NCBI GenBank assembly: GCA_963664825.1
Contig: OY761614.1
Location: forward strand, 3,264,001 to 3,328,000
Direction of reading: 5' to 3'
Source of the DNA: an uncultured Holophaga sp.
Lineage (GTDB): Bacteria; Acidobacteriota; Holophagae; Holophagales; Holophagaceae
Length of the DNA stretch: 64,000 nt
The translations under genes and the position numbers were made by a program. The notes beneath the pieces were generated by a model that worked only from the letters and a program-made list of their open reading frames with translations, did not search any database and was not told where the DNA came from. The first letter of the stretch is position 1, and every line of letters begins with the position of its first letter. This document shows, piece after piece, positions 39,105 to 47,565 of the stretch.

Positions 39105-41144
39105 GTGCCTAAGTCCCCTTCTGCACCACGGGTCGCGGCAATCGTCGGCCCCTTCATGTCCGGAAAGACCACGTTATTGGAGAGCCTGCTCTTCGCGTCC
39201 GGCGCCATCCCGCGCAAGGGCTCGATCAAGGAAGGCAATTGCGTGGGGGATTTCTCTCCGGAATCCCGGGCCCGGCAGATGAGCCTCGATGCGGACGTGG
39301 CCAGCATCAACTACCTGGAGGAAGCCTGGACCTTCATCGCCTGCCCCGGTTCCGTGGAATTCCGACAGGAGATGGACGGCGCCCTGATGGTGGCCGACGC
39401 GGCCATCGTCGTGGTGGAGCCCGATCCCAATCGCGCCATGATGGCCGCTCCCATCCTGAAGTTCCTCGATGAGCGGCAGATTCCGCACCTCATCTTCGTC
39501 AACAAGATGGATGGCGCGGAAGCCGCCAAGTACCTCGGCGCCACCGTCGAAGCCCTCCAGACCTGGTCGGCCAGCCCGCTGGTGCTGCGTCAGTGCCCCA
39601 TCATCGAGGGCGATGCCCTGAACGGCTACGTGGATCTCTCCTTTGAGCGCGCCTTCCACTACAACCCCCACCAGGAATCCACACGCATCGAGGTGCCCGA
39701 CAACCTCAAGGCCGAGGTCACGGCGGCCCGCCTGGAGATGCTGGAGAAGATCTGCGCCCTGGACGACGACCTCATGGCCATGCTGCTCGACGAGCGCATG
39801 CCCGGCATGGAGGAAGTCTTCAAGGTCATGCGGGGCGGATTCCAAGATGCCAAGCTGGTGCCCGTCCTCTTCGGCAGTGCCGAGCGCGATGGTGGCGTGC
39901 GGCGCATCCTCAAGCTCCTGCGCCATGAGGCTCCCGAGGCCCCTGTCACCGCGGCCCGCAACAACCTGCCCTCGGACACCACCTTGGCCCAGGTCTGGAA
40001 GACCGTCCATGCCGTGCATGTGGGCAAGCAGAACTACGTGCGGGTCTGGAAAGGCGAGATCAATGACGGCGCCACCCTCGGAGGCGTGCGCGTCTCGGGT
40101 CTGAACAAGCTCTTCGGCCAGAAGCAGGACAAGGTGATCAAGGCCGTCGCCGGTGAGATCGTGGCGCTGGGTCGCATGGACCCCATCAAGACGGGCCACG
40201 GCCTCACCGCCCAGCTCCAGCCCCTCGAACTGGATTGGCCAGCCTCGCCCCAGCCCGTGCTGCCCATCTCCCTCAAGGCCACCAAGGCAGGCGAGGAAGT
40301 GAAACTCTCCAGCGCGCTGGCCAAGCTGGTGGAGGAGGATCTCTCCTTCCGGCTGGAGCAGAATATCGAGACCCAGGAACGCATCCTGTGGGGCCAGGGC
40401 GAGATCCACCTCAAGAACGGCGTGGCCCGGCTGAAGTCGAAATACAACGTGGAAGTCGCCTCCGAGAAGCCCCTGGTGCCCTACCGGGAGACCATCAAGA
40501 AGGGCTGCGAAGTCCACGGTCGCCACAAGCGCCAGACCGGCGGCCACGGCCAGTTCGGCGATGTCCACTTCCGCATCAAGCCGCTCCTCCGGGGCGAAGG
40601 CGTCCACTTCAGCGAGGAGATCGTCGGTGGCGTCGTGCCCCGCAACTACATCCCCGCCGTCGAAGAGGGCGTCATCGACTACTGCAAGCAGGGTCCCCTG
40701 GGATTCCCAGTGGTGGATCTCTCCGTCTGCCTCTTCTTCGGCAGCTACCACGACGTGGACAGCTCGGATATGGCCTTCAAGACCGCGGCGCGCATCGGCA
40801 TGCAGGAGGGCCTGCCCATGTGCACCCCGGTATTATTGGAGCCCATCCTGGAGATCCAGATTTCCGTTCCCAGCGAGCACACCAGCAAGGCCCAGCGCAT
40901 GGTGACGGGCCACCGCGCCGGTCAGATACTGGGCTATGACGCCAAGGAGGGCTGGCCCGGCTGGGACGTGGTCAACGCCTACCTGCCCCAGAGCGAGATG
41001 AACGATCTCATCATCGAGATCCGCTCCCAGACCATGGGCGTGGGATTTTTCACCTGGGCCTTCCATCACCTGGCCGAACTCGAAGGCCGCGACGCCGACA
41101 AGATCGTCGAAGCCCGCAAGAAGTCCCTGGAACACCACGCTTAA
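39105..41144 (+). CDS. Elongation factor G paralogue (EF-G II-like)
   Basis: SGKTT, NKMD, GQGEIHL, VPYRETI, KRQTGGHGQFG, GSYHDVDSSDMAF, LLEPI. Confidence 0.92.
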   Translation: MPKSPSAPRVAAIVGPFMSGKTTLLESLLFASGAIPRKGSIKEGNCVGDFSPESRARQMSLDADVASINYLEEAWTFIACPGSVEFRQEMDGALMVADAAIVVVEPDPNRAMMAAPILKFLDERQIPHLIFVNKMDGAEAAKYLGATVEALQTWSASPLVLRQCPIIEGDALNGYVDLSFERAFHYNPHQESTRIEVPDNLKAEVTAARLEMLEKICALDDDLMAMLLDERMPGMEEVFKVMRGGFQDAKLVPVLFGSAERDGGVRRILKLLRHEAPEAPVTAARNNLPSDTTLAQVWKTVHAVHVGKQNYVRVWKGEINDGATLGGVRVSGLNKLFGQKQDKVIKAVAGEIVALGRMDPIKTGHGLTAQLQPLELDWPASPQPVLPISLKATKAGEEVKLSSALAKLVEEDLSFRLEQNIETQERILWGQGEIHLKNGVARLKSKYNVEVASEKPLVPYRETIKKGCEVHGRHKRQTGGHGQFGDVHFRIKPLLRGEGVHFSEEIVGGVVPRNYIPAVEEGVIDYCKQGPLGFPVVDLSVCLFFGSYHDVDSSDMAFKTAARIGMQEGLPMCTPVLLEPILEIQISVPSEHTSKAQRMVTGHRAGQILGYDAKEGWPGWDVVNAYLPQSEMNDLIIEIRSQTMGVGFFTWAFHHLAELEGRDADKIVEARKKSLEHHA

Positions 41145-41228
41145 AATTACCTTCGGTAATTTTAAAAGTTACAAAAGAAGCGCCCCGGCCCTGTCGGGGC
41201 GCTGCGCGTACGGGGCTATTCTTGAGTC

Positions 41229-42479
41229 ATGCGCATCGAAGCCATCGCCATCGGAACCGAACTGCTCACCACGGGAAGGGTGGATACGAATTCCGTCTGG
41301 ATCGCCCAGCGACTGGCGGATCTGGGGCTGGGCTTCCACCGCAAGAGCGCCGTGGGCGATGACCGGGAGGATCTGCGAAGCCTCTTCCTGGAGGCCCTGG
41401 ACCGCTCGGATCTCATCGTCTGCACCGGCGGCTTGGGGCCCACCTTCGATGATTTCACCAAAGAGTTGTGGGCCGAAGTCCTGAATGCCCCCCTGGTGGA
41501 GGATCCCGCCAGCCGCCGGGCGATCGAGGACTTCTTCCGGGACCGCCATCGCCCCTGCCCTCCCAGCAATTTCAAGCAGGCCCTTGTGCCCCTCGGGGCC
41601 GAGGCCCTGCCCAATCCCGTCGGCACGGCCCCGGGCATTTACTGGGGAGCGCTGAAGGGCTATCCCGGCACGGCCATCATCCTGCTGCCCGGCGTGCCCC
41701 GGGAGATGAAGCGCATGTGGGTGGACCAGATCGAGCCCCGGCTGCGATCCCAGGCGGGTCAACCCACCCAGACCCTCCGGATGCTGGTGGGCTCCGTGGG
41801 GGAGAGCGCCCTGGAGGAGCGCACCACTCCCTTGAGGGAAAAGCATAGCCACCTGGACTGGACCATCCTGGCGAGCCTGGGCCTGGTGGAATTGGTGGCC
41901 CGCAGCCGCGATTCCGCGGCGTTGGAGGCCGCCCGCCGGGACTTCGAGATGGAGCTGGGTCAGGACCTGGTCTGCACGGGCAACGGCCGCTTGGAAGAGC
42001 GCGTCCTGGAGCAATTGAAGCGCCGAGGTCAGACCCTGGCCCTGGCCGAGAGCATGACGGGGGGGCGCATCGCCACCCTCCTCACCGGAGTGCCGGGAGC
42101 CAGCGAAGCCTTCCTGGGGGGCGCCGTGGTCTATTCCCCGGGCGCCAAGACCGAACTGGCGGGCCTTTCTCCAGAATTTATCCGGGAACACGGCACGGTT
42201 TCCGAAGCCACCACCCGGGCCCTGGCCGAGGGCATTCGCAGGCGCCTGGGCACCCATTGGGGCCTGGCCATCACGGGGAATGCGGGCCCCAGCCTGGATA
42301 AGGATGGGCCCGGCCAGGACGAGGCTCCCGTGGGCAGCTCCTTCATGGCTGTGGCCGGGCCCGCTGGCACCCAGTGCCAGGTCCACCATTTCCCTGGGGA
42401 AAGGGCTGATATCCAGGCCCGAGCTACCGTCCTGGCCCTGGACTTCCTGCGGCGCCAGCTGGACGCATTTCGCGCATAG
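41229..42479 (+). CDS. cinA: CinA family protein (NMN deamidase-related)
   Basis: IGTELL.G..DTN, GGLGPT.DD, LPGVP.EM, AESMTGG, ITG.AGP. Confidence 0.93.
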   Translation: MRIEAIAIGTELLTTGRVDTNSVWIAQRLADLGLGFHRKSAVGDDREDLRSLFLEALDRSDLIVCTGGLGPTFDDFTKELWAEVLNAPLVEDPASRRAIEDFFRDRHRPCPPSNFKQALVPLGAEALPNPVGTAPGIYWGALKGYPGTAIILLPGVPREMKRMWVDQIEPRLRSQAGQPTQTLRMLVGSVGESALEERTTPLREKHSHLDWTILASLGLVELVARSRDSAALEAARRDFEMELGQDLVCTGNGRLEERVLEQLKRRGQTLALAESMTGGRIATLLTGVPGASEAFLGGAVVYSPGAKTELAGLSPEFIREHGTVSEATTRALAEGIRRRLGTHWGLAITGNAGPSLDKDGPGQDEAPVGSSFMAVAGPAGTQCQVHHFPGERADIQARATVLALDFLRRQLDAFRA

Positions 42480-42503
42480 ACATACGTGCGCTAAAGTTTA
42501 TCC

Positions 42504-43166
42504 ATGCATACACCCAACCTGAACACCTTCCTCCTCTGGTGCCTCGGGGCCTACCTGGCCGGGAGCATCCCCTTCGGACTCCTCCTGGTGAAGCTGGCCG
42601 GCAAGGGCGATGTGCGCTGCCAGGGTTCTGGCAATATCGGCGCCACCAATGTGCTGCGCACCGGCGGCAAGACGCTGGGCATCCTGACGCTTCTGCTGGA
42701 CGTGGCCAAGGGCTTCGCGCCGGTATGGCTGGCCAAGCACTTCGGATTTCCCGCCGAGGCCCTGAGCTGGGTGGCGTTGGCCGCCACCGCGGGCCACATC
42801 TTCTGCCCCTGGCTGAAATTCCAGGGCGGCAAGGGCGTGGCCACGGCCCTGGGCGCCATCCTGGGCTATCACCCGGCCCTGGCCCTGCCCAGCCTTGCCT
42901 CCTTCGCGCTTCTCCTGGGCATCTTCCGGTACGTGAGCCTCGGCAGCGTCGTGGCGGCGCTGGTACTCATCCCGGCCGCCCTGGGGTTCTTCGGCGCCTG
43001 GGCCTGTCAGCCCTTCCTCATGGGAGACCTGGCCCGCTATGGCATTGTGGCCTGGGTCCTCCTGCCCATGCTGGTGGTCCGCCGCCACGCCGCCAATCTC
43101 CAGCGCCTCTTCAATGGCACCGAATCCAAGCTCTGGGGGACCCCCAAGGAGCCCCGTCATGACTAA
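42504..43166 (+). CDS. plsY: Glycerol-3-phosphate acyltransferase
   Basis: GSIPFG, GSGNIGATN..R, D..KG, GH, GGKGVAT, H..N..R. Confidence 0.96.
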   Translation: MHTPNLNTFLLWCLGAYLAGSIPFGLLLVKLAGKGDVRCQGSGNIGATNVLRTGGKTLGILTLLLDVAKGFAPVWLAKHFGFPAEALSWVALAATAGHIFCPWLKFQGGKGVATALGAILGYHPALALPSLASFALLLGIFRYVSLGSVVAALVLIPAALGFFGAWACQPFLMGDLARYGIVAWVLLPMLVVRRHAANLQRLFNGTESKLWGTPKEPRHD

Positions 43167-44163
43167 CCGTCGACCCGATCTGGCCATCTTCGGCTCCGGC
43201 GCCTGGGGCACGGCCCTGGCCATCGCCTGGGCCCGGGAGGGCGCCCACGTGGCGCTCTGGGGCCATCCAGCGGAAGCCGTGCGGGAATTGGCCACCACCC
43301 GCAAACACCCTCGGCTCTCCGGAGCCGAACTCCCGGCCAATATCACCCCCCATGCGGATCCGGAACCGGCCTTTCAGGCGCCCATCTGGATCAGCGCCCT
43401 GCCCACCCAGATCACCCCTGGGATCTGGGAACGCCTGGCCGCCTCCACGCCCCAGCGCCCCGAGATCCTGATCCACGTGAGCAAGGGGCTCCTCCAGCAC
43501 CAGCATCAGCGGATCTCGGAGGCCCTTGCCCCGATCCTCCAGGTGCCCATCGGCGTGCTCTCCGGCCCCTCCTTCGCCGATGAAGTGGCCCGGAACCTTC
43601 CGGCGGCCATCGTGCTGGCCCTGCCTTCGGAGGTGGAGGAACCCCGGGCCCGGCAGCTTCAGGCCCTCCTCTCCACGCCCCGCCTGCGGCTCTACCTGAG
43701 CCGGGATATCGTGGGGGTGGAACTCTGCGGCGCCCTCAAGAACACCCTGGCCATCGCGGCAGGACTGGTGGAATCCCTGGAGCTGGGCTACAACGCCCGG
43801 GCCGCCCTCCTCACCCGGGGCCTGGCCGAGATGGCCCGGCTGGTGGAGAAGCTGGGCGGGCGCACCGAAACCGTCATGGGCCTGGCGGGCATGGGCGATC
43901 TGCTCCTCACCGCCACGGGCCCCCAGAGCCGCAACCGCCGCTTCGGGGAGATGGTCGGACGGGGCGTCAGCCCCACCCAAGCCACCGATTCCATGGGCGA
44001 ACAGGTGGTCGAAGGCGTCTCCAGCACAGAGGCCGCCATGGCCCTGGCCGGGTACTGTGGTGTGGATCTTCCCATCACTTCGGAAGTGGCGCGCCTCATC
44101 AAGGGAGCCGATCCTCAGGAGGCCGTGGCGCGTCTGATGAAGCGCTCCCTCAAGTCCGAGTGA
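43159..44163 (+). CDS. gpsA: NAD(P)H-dependent glycerol-3-phosphate dehydrogenase
   Basis: GSGAWGTALA, SGPSFA, GALKN, GMGDL..T....SRN, EG. Confidence 0.96.
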   Translation: MTNRRPDLAIFGSGAWGTALAIAWAREGAHVALWGHPAEAVRELATTRKHPRLSGAELPANITPHADPEPAFQAPIWISALPTQITPGIWERLAASTPQRPEILIHVSKGLLQHQHQRISEALAPILQVPIGVLSGPSFADEVARNLPAAIVLALPSEVEEPRARQLQALLSTPRLRLYLSRDIVGVELCGALKNTLAIAAGLVESLELGYNARAALLTRGLAEMARLVEKLGGRTETVMGLAGMGDLLLTATGPQSRNRRFGEMVGRGVSPTQATDSMGEQVVEGVSSTEAAMALAGYCGVDLPITSEVARLIKGADPQEAVARLMKRSLKSE

Positions 44164-44255
44164 AATGAACCGACGCTTTTCCCTTCCAGTCACCCTCCTG
44201 GGAGGCGGCATTCGTACCAGGCCCTAACACACGGCACAGGCCTCCGGAGGCAGCC

Positions 44256-44723
44256 ATGGAACTACACATGGAACTGCGCATCACAGCCTTCCCCCAGCAA
44301 GGCAGCATTCCGCGGGCCTTCACCGCCGATGGCGCCGATGTCTCGCCAGCCCTTGCCTGGCGGGAGGCTCCCGAGAAGACCCGGGCCTTTGCCCTGATCC
44401 TGGAGGACCCGGACGCCCCGGCGGGCCCCTGGACCCATTGGACCCTCTACAACCTTCCCTTGGACGCAACCTCCCTCGCCGAGAACCAGCCCAAGGTTCC
44501 AACCCTCACCAATGGCTCCCGCCAGGGCAAGAACACCTGGGGCCGCCTGGGCTACAACGGCCCCGCCCCGCCCCCCGGCAGGAGCCATCGCTACTTCTTC
44601 AGGCTCTATGCCCTTGCCCAGCCCCTGGAATTGGAAGCGGGCGCCACGCGCCAGCAGGTGGACGCGGCCCTGAAGGGCAATGTCCTCGCCGTGGCTGAGT
44701 GGGTGGGGGTCTACGGGCGCTGA
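44256..44723 (+). CDS. YbhB/YbcL (PEBP) family protein
   Basis: SP.L.W, DPDAP..W.HW, Y.GP.PP...HRY.F.LYAL. Confidence 0.93.
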   Translation: MELHMELRITAFPQQGSIPRAFTADGADVSPALAWREAPEKTRAFALILEDPDAPAGPWTHWTLYNLPLDATSLAENQPKVPTLTNGSRQGKNTWGRLGYNGPAPPPGRSHRYFFRLYALAQPLELEAGATRQQVDAALKGNVLAVAEWVGVYGR

Positions 44724-44748
44724 AGTCCCCCTGTCGGCACCAAAAGAA

Positions 44749-44864
44749 GAACGCGAAGAGCGCCAAGGAAGCGAAGGGCGCGAATGGGAGCTCTGGAAGA
44801 GGGGGAATGCCTGGAAGCCCTTGCCTTCTTCGCGCTCTTGGCCCCCTTCGCGGCCTTCGCGTTC
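44749..44864. repeat. Intergenic palindrome with 9-nt CGCGAAG-type subrepeats
   Basis: Imperfect arms at 44749-44784 and 44829-44864 between convergent genes. Confidence 0.8.
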
Positions 44865-44932
44865 CTTTCTTTCCTGCTATCGAAACCCGTGTCCTCCCCA
44901 ACCTGGGTTATGGGCGCTGCAAGATCGAGCGC

Positions 44933-45808
44933 CTATTCCAGGTTGGCTCCCTGTTCCCGGATTTGGTCCAGGACGCCCTTGGCTTCCATGACGGCGCGGG
45001 TCATGGCAAGCCGCTTGCACTTCGAGCCGCAAGTGTTGAGTTCCCTTAGCACTTCCTGGCACCAGACATCGAGGCTCTTGCCGCCCAGGTTGCCCTTTCC
45101 CAGGCGTTCCCCGAAATCGTCCAGATGGGCCTCCAGCCTCACCAGTTCCTCCCGCACATCCTGGCGCTCCGCCAGGGCCCCGGCCTCGGCCACGATCCGC
45201 TCGGCGGGAAGCTGGCCCTGCAATTGGGCGTCCTTCAGGATCTGATCGAGCTTTTGCCGGTATTGGGCGGGCAGTTCGGCCACCTGCCCCTCCGCCTCAG
45301 TCAGGATGGCCTGCCTCAGGTCCCGCAAGCGACCCAGGGCCTCCCTGAAGAAGGGCTCAAGGCGCTGGGCCTCCCGGTCCCGGCCTTCGTTCCAGCGCTT
45401 CAGGAGTTCCGCGAGGCCCTCGCTCACCGAGGCTTCCATCCGTTCGGCCAGATCGGAGGCCGGGGGCAGCCAGGCGCCGGGCAGGCGGAAGAAGGCCTCT
45501 GCCGTCAGGGGCGGCAGATTGAGCCATTCGGCGTCCTCCTGCCAGGCCTTGGCCACACTGCGCAGCAGGGGGCGATTGAGCTGGAGTTCCAGGCTGGGCT
45601 CGTCCAGGACCTCGAGGGTCAGATCCAGCTTGCCGCGACTAGCGGCCTCCCGGACCCGAGCCCTCAGGGCGTTCTCCAGGGGGAAGAGGGCCGGATGCAG
45701 GCGCACATTCAATTCCAGCCCCTTGTGGTTCACGCTGCGCAGGGCGAGTCGCAGTTGCCCCTGTGCCAGGGGACGGATGATTTCGGCATAGGCTGTCATG
45801 GAGCGCAT
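44933..45808 (-). CDS. yicC: YicC/YloC family endoribonuclease
   Basis: SMTAY, RSVNH, RGK.D, DV.EE..RL..H, QE..RE.NT.GSK, DQIREQ..NLE. Confidence 0.93.
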   Translation of the reverse strand: MRSMTAYAEIIRPLAQGQLRLALRSVNHKGLELNVRLHPALFPLENALRARVREAASRGKLDLTLEVLDEPSLELQLNRPLLRSVAKAWQEDAEWLNLPPLTAEAFFRLPGAWLPPASDLAERMEASVSEGLAELLKRWNEGRDREAQRLEPFFREALGRLRDLRQAILTEAEGQVAELPAQYRQKLDQILKDAQLQGQLPAERIVAEAGALAERQDVREELVRLEAHLDDFGERLGKGNLGGKSLDVWCQEVLRELNTCGSKCKRLAMTRAVMEAKGVLDQIREQGANLE

Positions 45809-45839
45809 ATCGGTCCTCGTGAAATGGAATTCCCGTGCT

Positions 45840-47222
45840 TCACCGTTCATCCCCGTAGGCTTCCTCGGTCTTGGCCTTCAGCCACGACTTTCCCCGGAGG
45901 CGCTCGACGCTGAGTTCCAGGAAGAGCTCCAGGCCCGCGCCGCCCTCCAGCCCCATCCGAGGCACGGCGGCCCGTTCGAAGCCCATCCGGGCGCCTTCCT
46001 GGATGCGCAAGGGGAGCTGGGCCACGGGACGGACCTCGCCGGTGAGCCCCACCTCGCCCATGAAGAGGCAGCGATCGGCCAGGATCCGGCCCGTGGCGCT
46101 GCTGGTGAGGGCCGCCACAACCGCTAGATCGGCGGCCGGGTCCTCCACCTCCAGACCGCCAGCCACGTTCAGGTAGATGTCCCGGTCGTGAAGCTGCACG
46201 CCCCCGCGGCGTTCGGCCACGGCGCATAGCATCGACAGGCGCTGTCCATCAATGCCGAGAGCCGTGCGACGCGGGATGCCGAGACCCGCGGAAGCCACCA
46301 GGGCCTGGATCTCGACTACCATCGGGCGGGTGCCCGAAAGCACCACCGTGGCTGCGCAACCAGGCCGGGGCTCGGCATCCAGGAAGAAGGGGTTGCCCTC
46401 GGCGGGGATCAGCCCCCTACCCGTCATGGCGAAGACGCCCAGCTCGAAGGCCGCGCCGAAGCGGTTCTTGAGGGCCCTCAGCAGGCGGTGATGGTGGTGC
46501 CGGTCCCCCTCGAAGGCCAGCACCGTGTCCACCAGATGTTCGAGCACCTTGGGGCCCGCCAGGCTGCCATCCTTGGTCACGTGTCCCACGAGCACTAGGG
46601 GCGTGCCACTGGCCTTGGCCCAGCGGGCGAGTAGCGTTGCGCATCCGCGCACCTGGCTGACGCTGCCGGCGCTGGATTCGAAGTCCGGATCGAAGAGGGT
46701 CTGGATGGAATCCACCAGCAGCAGGGAGGGCTTCATCCGTTCGGCCACTTCCAGGATCCGGCGCACATCCGTTTCGGCAAAGAGGTGAATATCGGGGCTC
46801 TCGGCGCCCAGCCGCTGGGCCCGCAGCTTGATCTGGCGCTCGCTTTCTTCACCGCTGGCGTACAGGACAGTACCTGTCGATGTGGCCGCCCATTGCAGGA
46901 CGAGGGTGGATTTGCCGATGCCCGGTTCCCCTCCCAGGAGCACCACCATGCCCGGCACCACGCCCCCACCCAGCACTCGGTCCAGCTCGGCCAACCCCGT
47001 GGGCACGCGCTCCGACTCGCTGATCTCCACCTCCGTGAGGGGGATGGGTCCCGTGTATTGGCTCTGGGCGAAGGCGCTGCGAACGCGGTCCAGATCCTTG
47101 CGCAGGGAGCCCTTCACCTCCTCGATGCTATTGAAGGCTCCACAGGCGCCGCACTTGCCCATGCCCTGGGGATACCGCGCACCACAGGCGGTGCATTCGA
47201 AAACGGGAGAGGTCTTGGCCAT
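45840..47222 (-). CDS. radA: DNA repair protein RadA/Sms
   Basis: C4 zinc finger, GEPGIGKST, DSIQT, GHVTK, KNRFG, Lon-like C-terminus. Confidence 0.97.
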   Translation of the reverse strand: MAKTSPVFECTACGARYPQGMGKCGACGAFNSIEEVKGSLRKDLDRVRSAFAQSQYTGPIPLTEVEISESERVPTGLAELDRVLGGGVVPGMVVLLGGEPGIGKSTLVLQWAATSTGTVLYASGEESERQIKLRAQRLGAESPDIHLFAETDVRRILEVAERMKPSLLLVDSIQTLFDPDFESSAGSVSQVRGCATLLARWAKASGTPLVLVGHVTKDGSLAGPKVLEHLVDTVLAFEGDRHHHHRLLRALKNRFGAAFELGVFAMTGRGLIPAEGNPFFLDAEPRPGCAATVVLSGTRPMVVEIQALVASAGLGIPRRTALGIDGQRLSMLCAVAERRGGVQLHDRDIYLNVAGGLEVEDPAADLAVVAALTSSATGRILADRCLFMGEVGLTGEVRPVAQLPLRIQEGARMGFERAAVPRMGLEGGAGLELFLELSVERLRGKSWLKAKTEEAYGDER

Positions 47223-47299
47223 GGTTCCAGCCTAGCTCAAGCAGCCGAGGATCGAAGCCTCCCTGGAAGAGGGCTCCAGGGGCCCAGAACCTTTTCTTG

Positions 47300-47510
47300 G
47301 GGGGTGTGCGGATAACTTGGCGGATTTCCCCCGGAATCCCCCCCTAAAGTCCATCATTTCTTCCGCTTCGGCGCGCTGCAACACTTACCGGGCATCATCA
47401 TATATATGTGCAACAAAACAAGTTACTCTACATTCCCATTTTCGGGATAGCCGTTTGCGCCCTGGGAGGTTATCCACAATTTCTGGTTAAATTCGCGTTG
47501 ACAACCCGAA
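47300..47510. promoter_or_regulatory. DnaA boxes flanking an AT-rich tract (oriC-like or DnaA-regulated region)
   Basis: TTATCCACA at 47470-47478 (perfect), TGCGGATAA at 47307-47315 (one mismatch), AT-rich CATCATCATATATATG between them. Confidence 0.5.
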
Positions 47511-47565
47511 TGGTTTTTCACGGGAAGGGCGGTACCGGAAAACATCCCCTCGATTCGACCGCCCC

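Noticed and set aside
41143..41203. Two hairpins after the EF-G paralogue
   Set aside because: Adequately explained as terminator or promoter-region structures; no other copies seen.
44165..44280. Possible frameshifted signal peptide and CATGGAACT duplication before the YbhB gene
   Set aside because: The upstream ORF is short, out of frame and weakly hydrophobic; the gene has its own GGAGG RBS.
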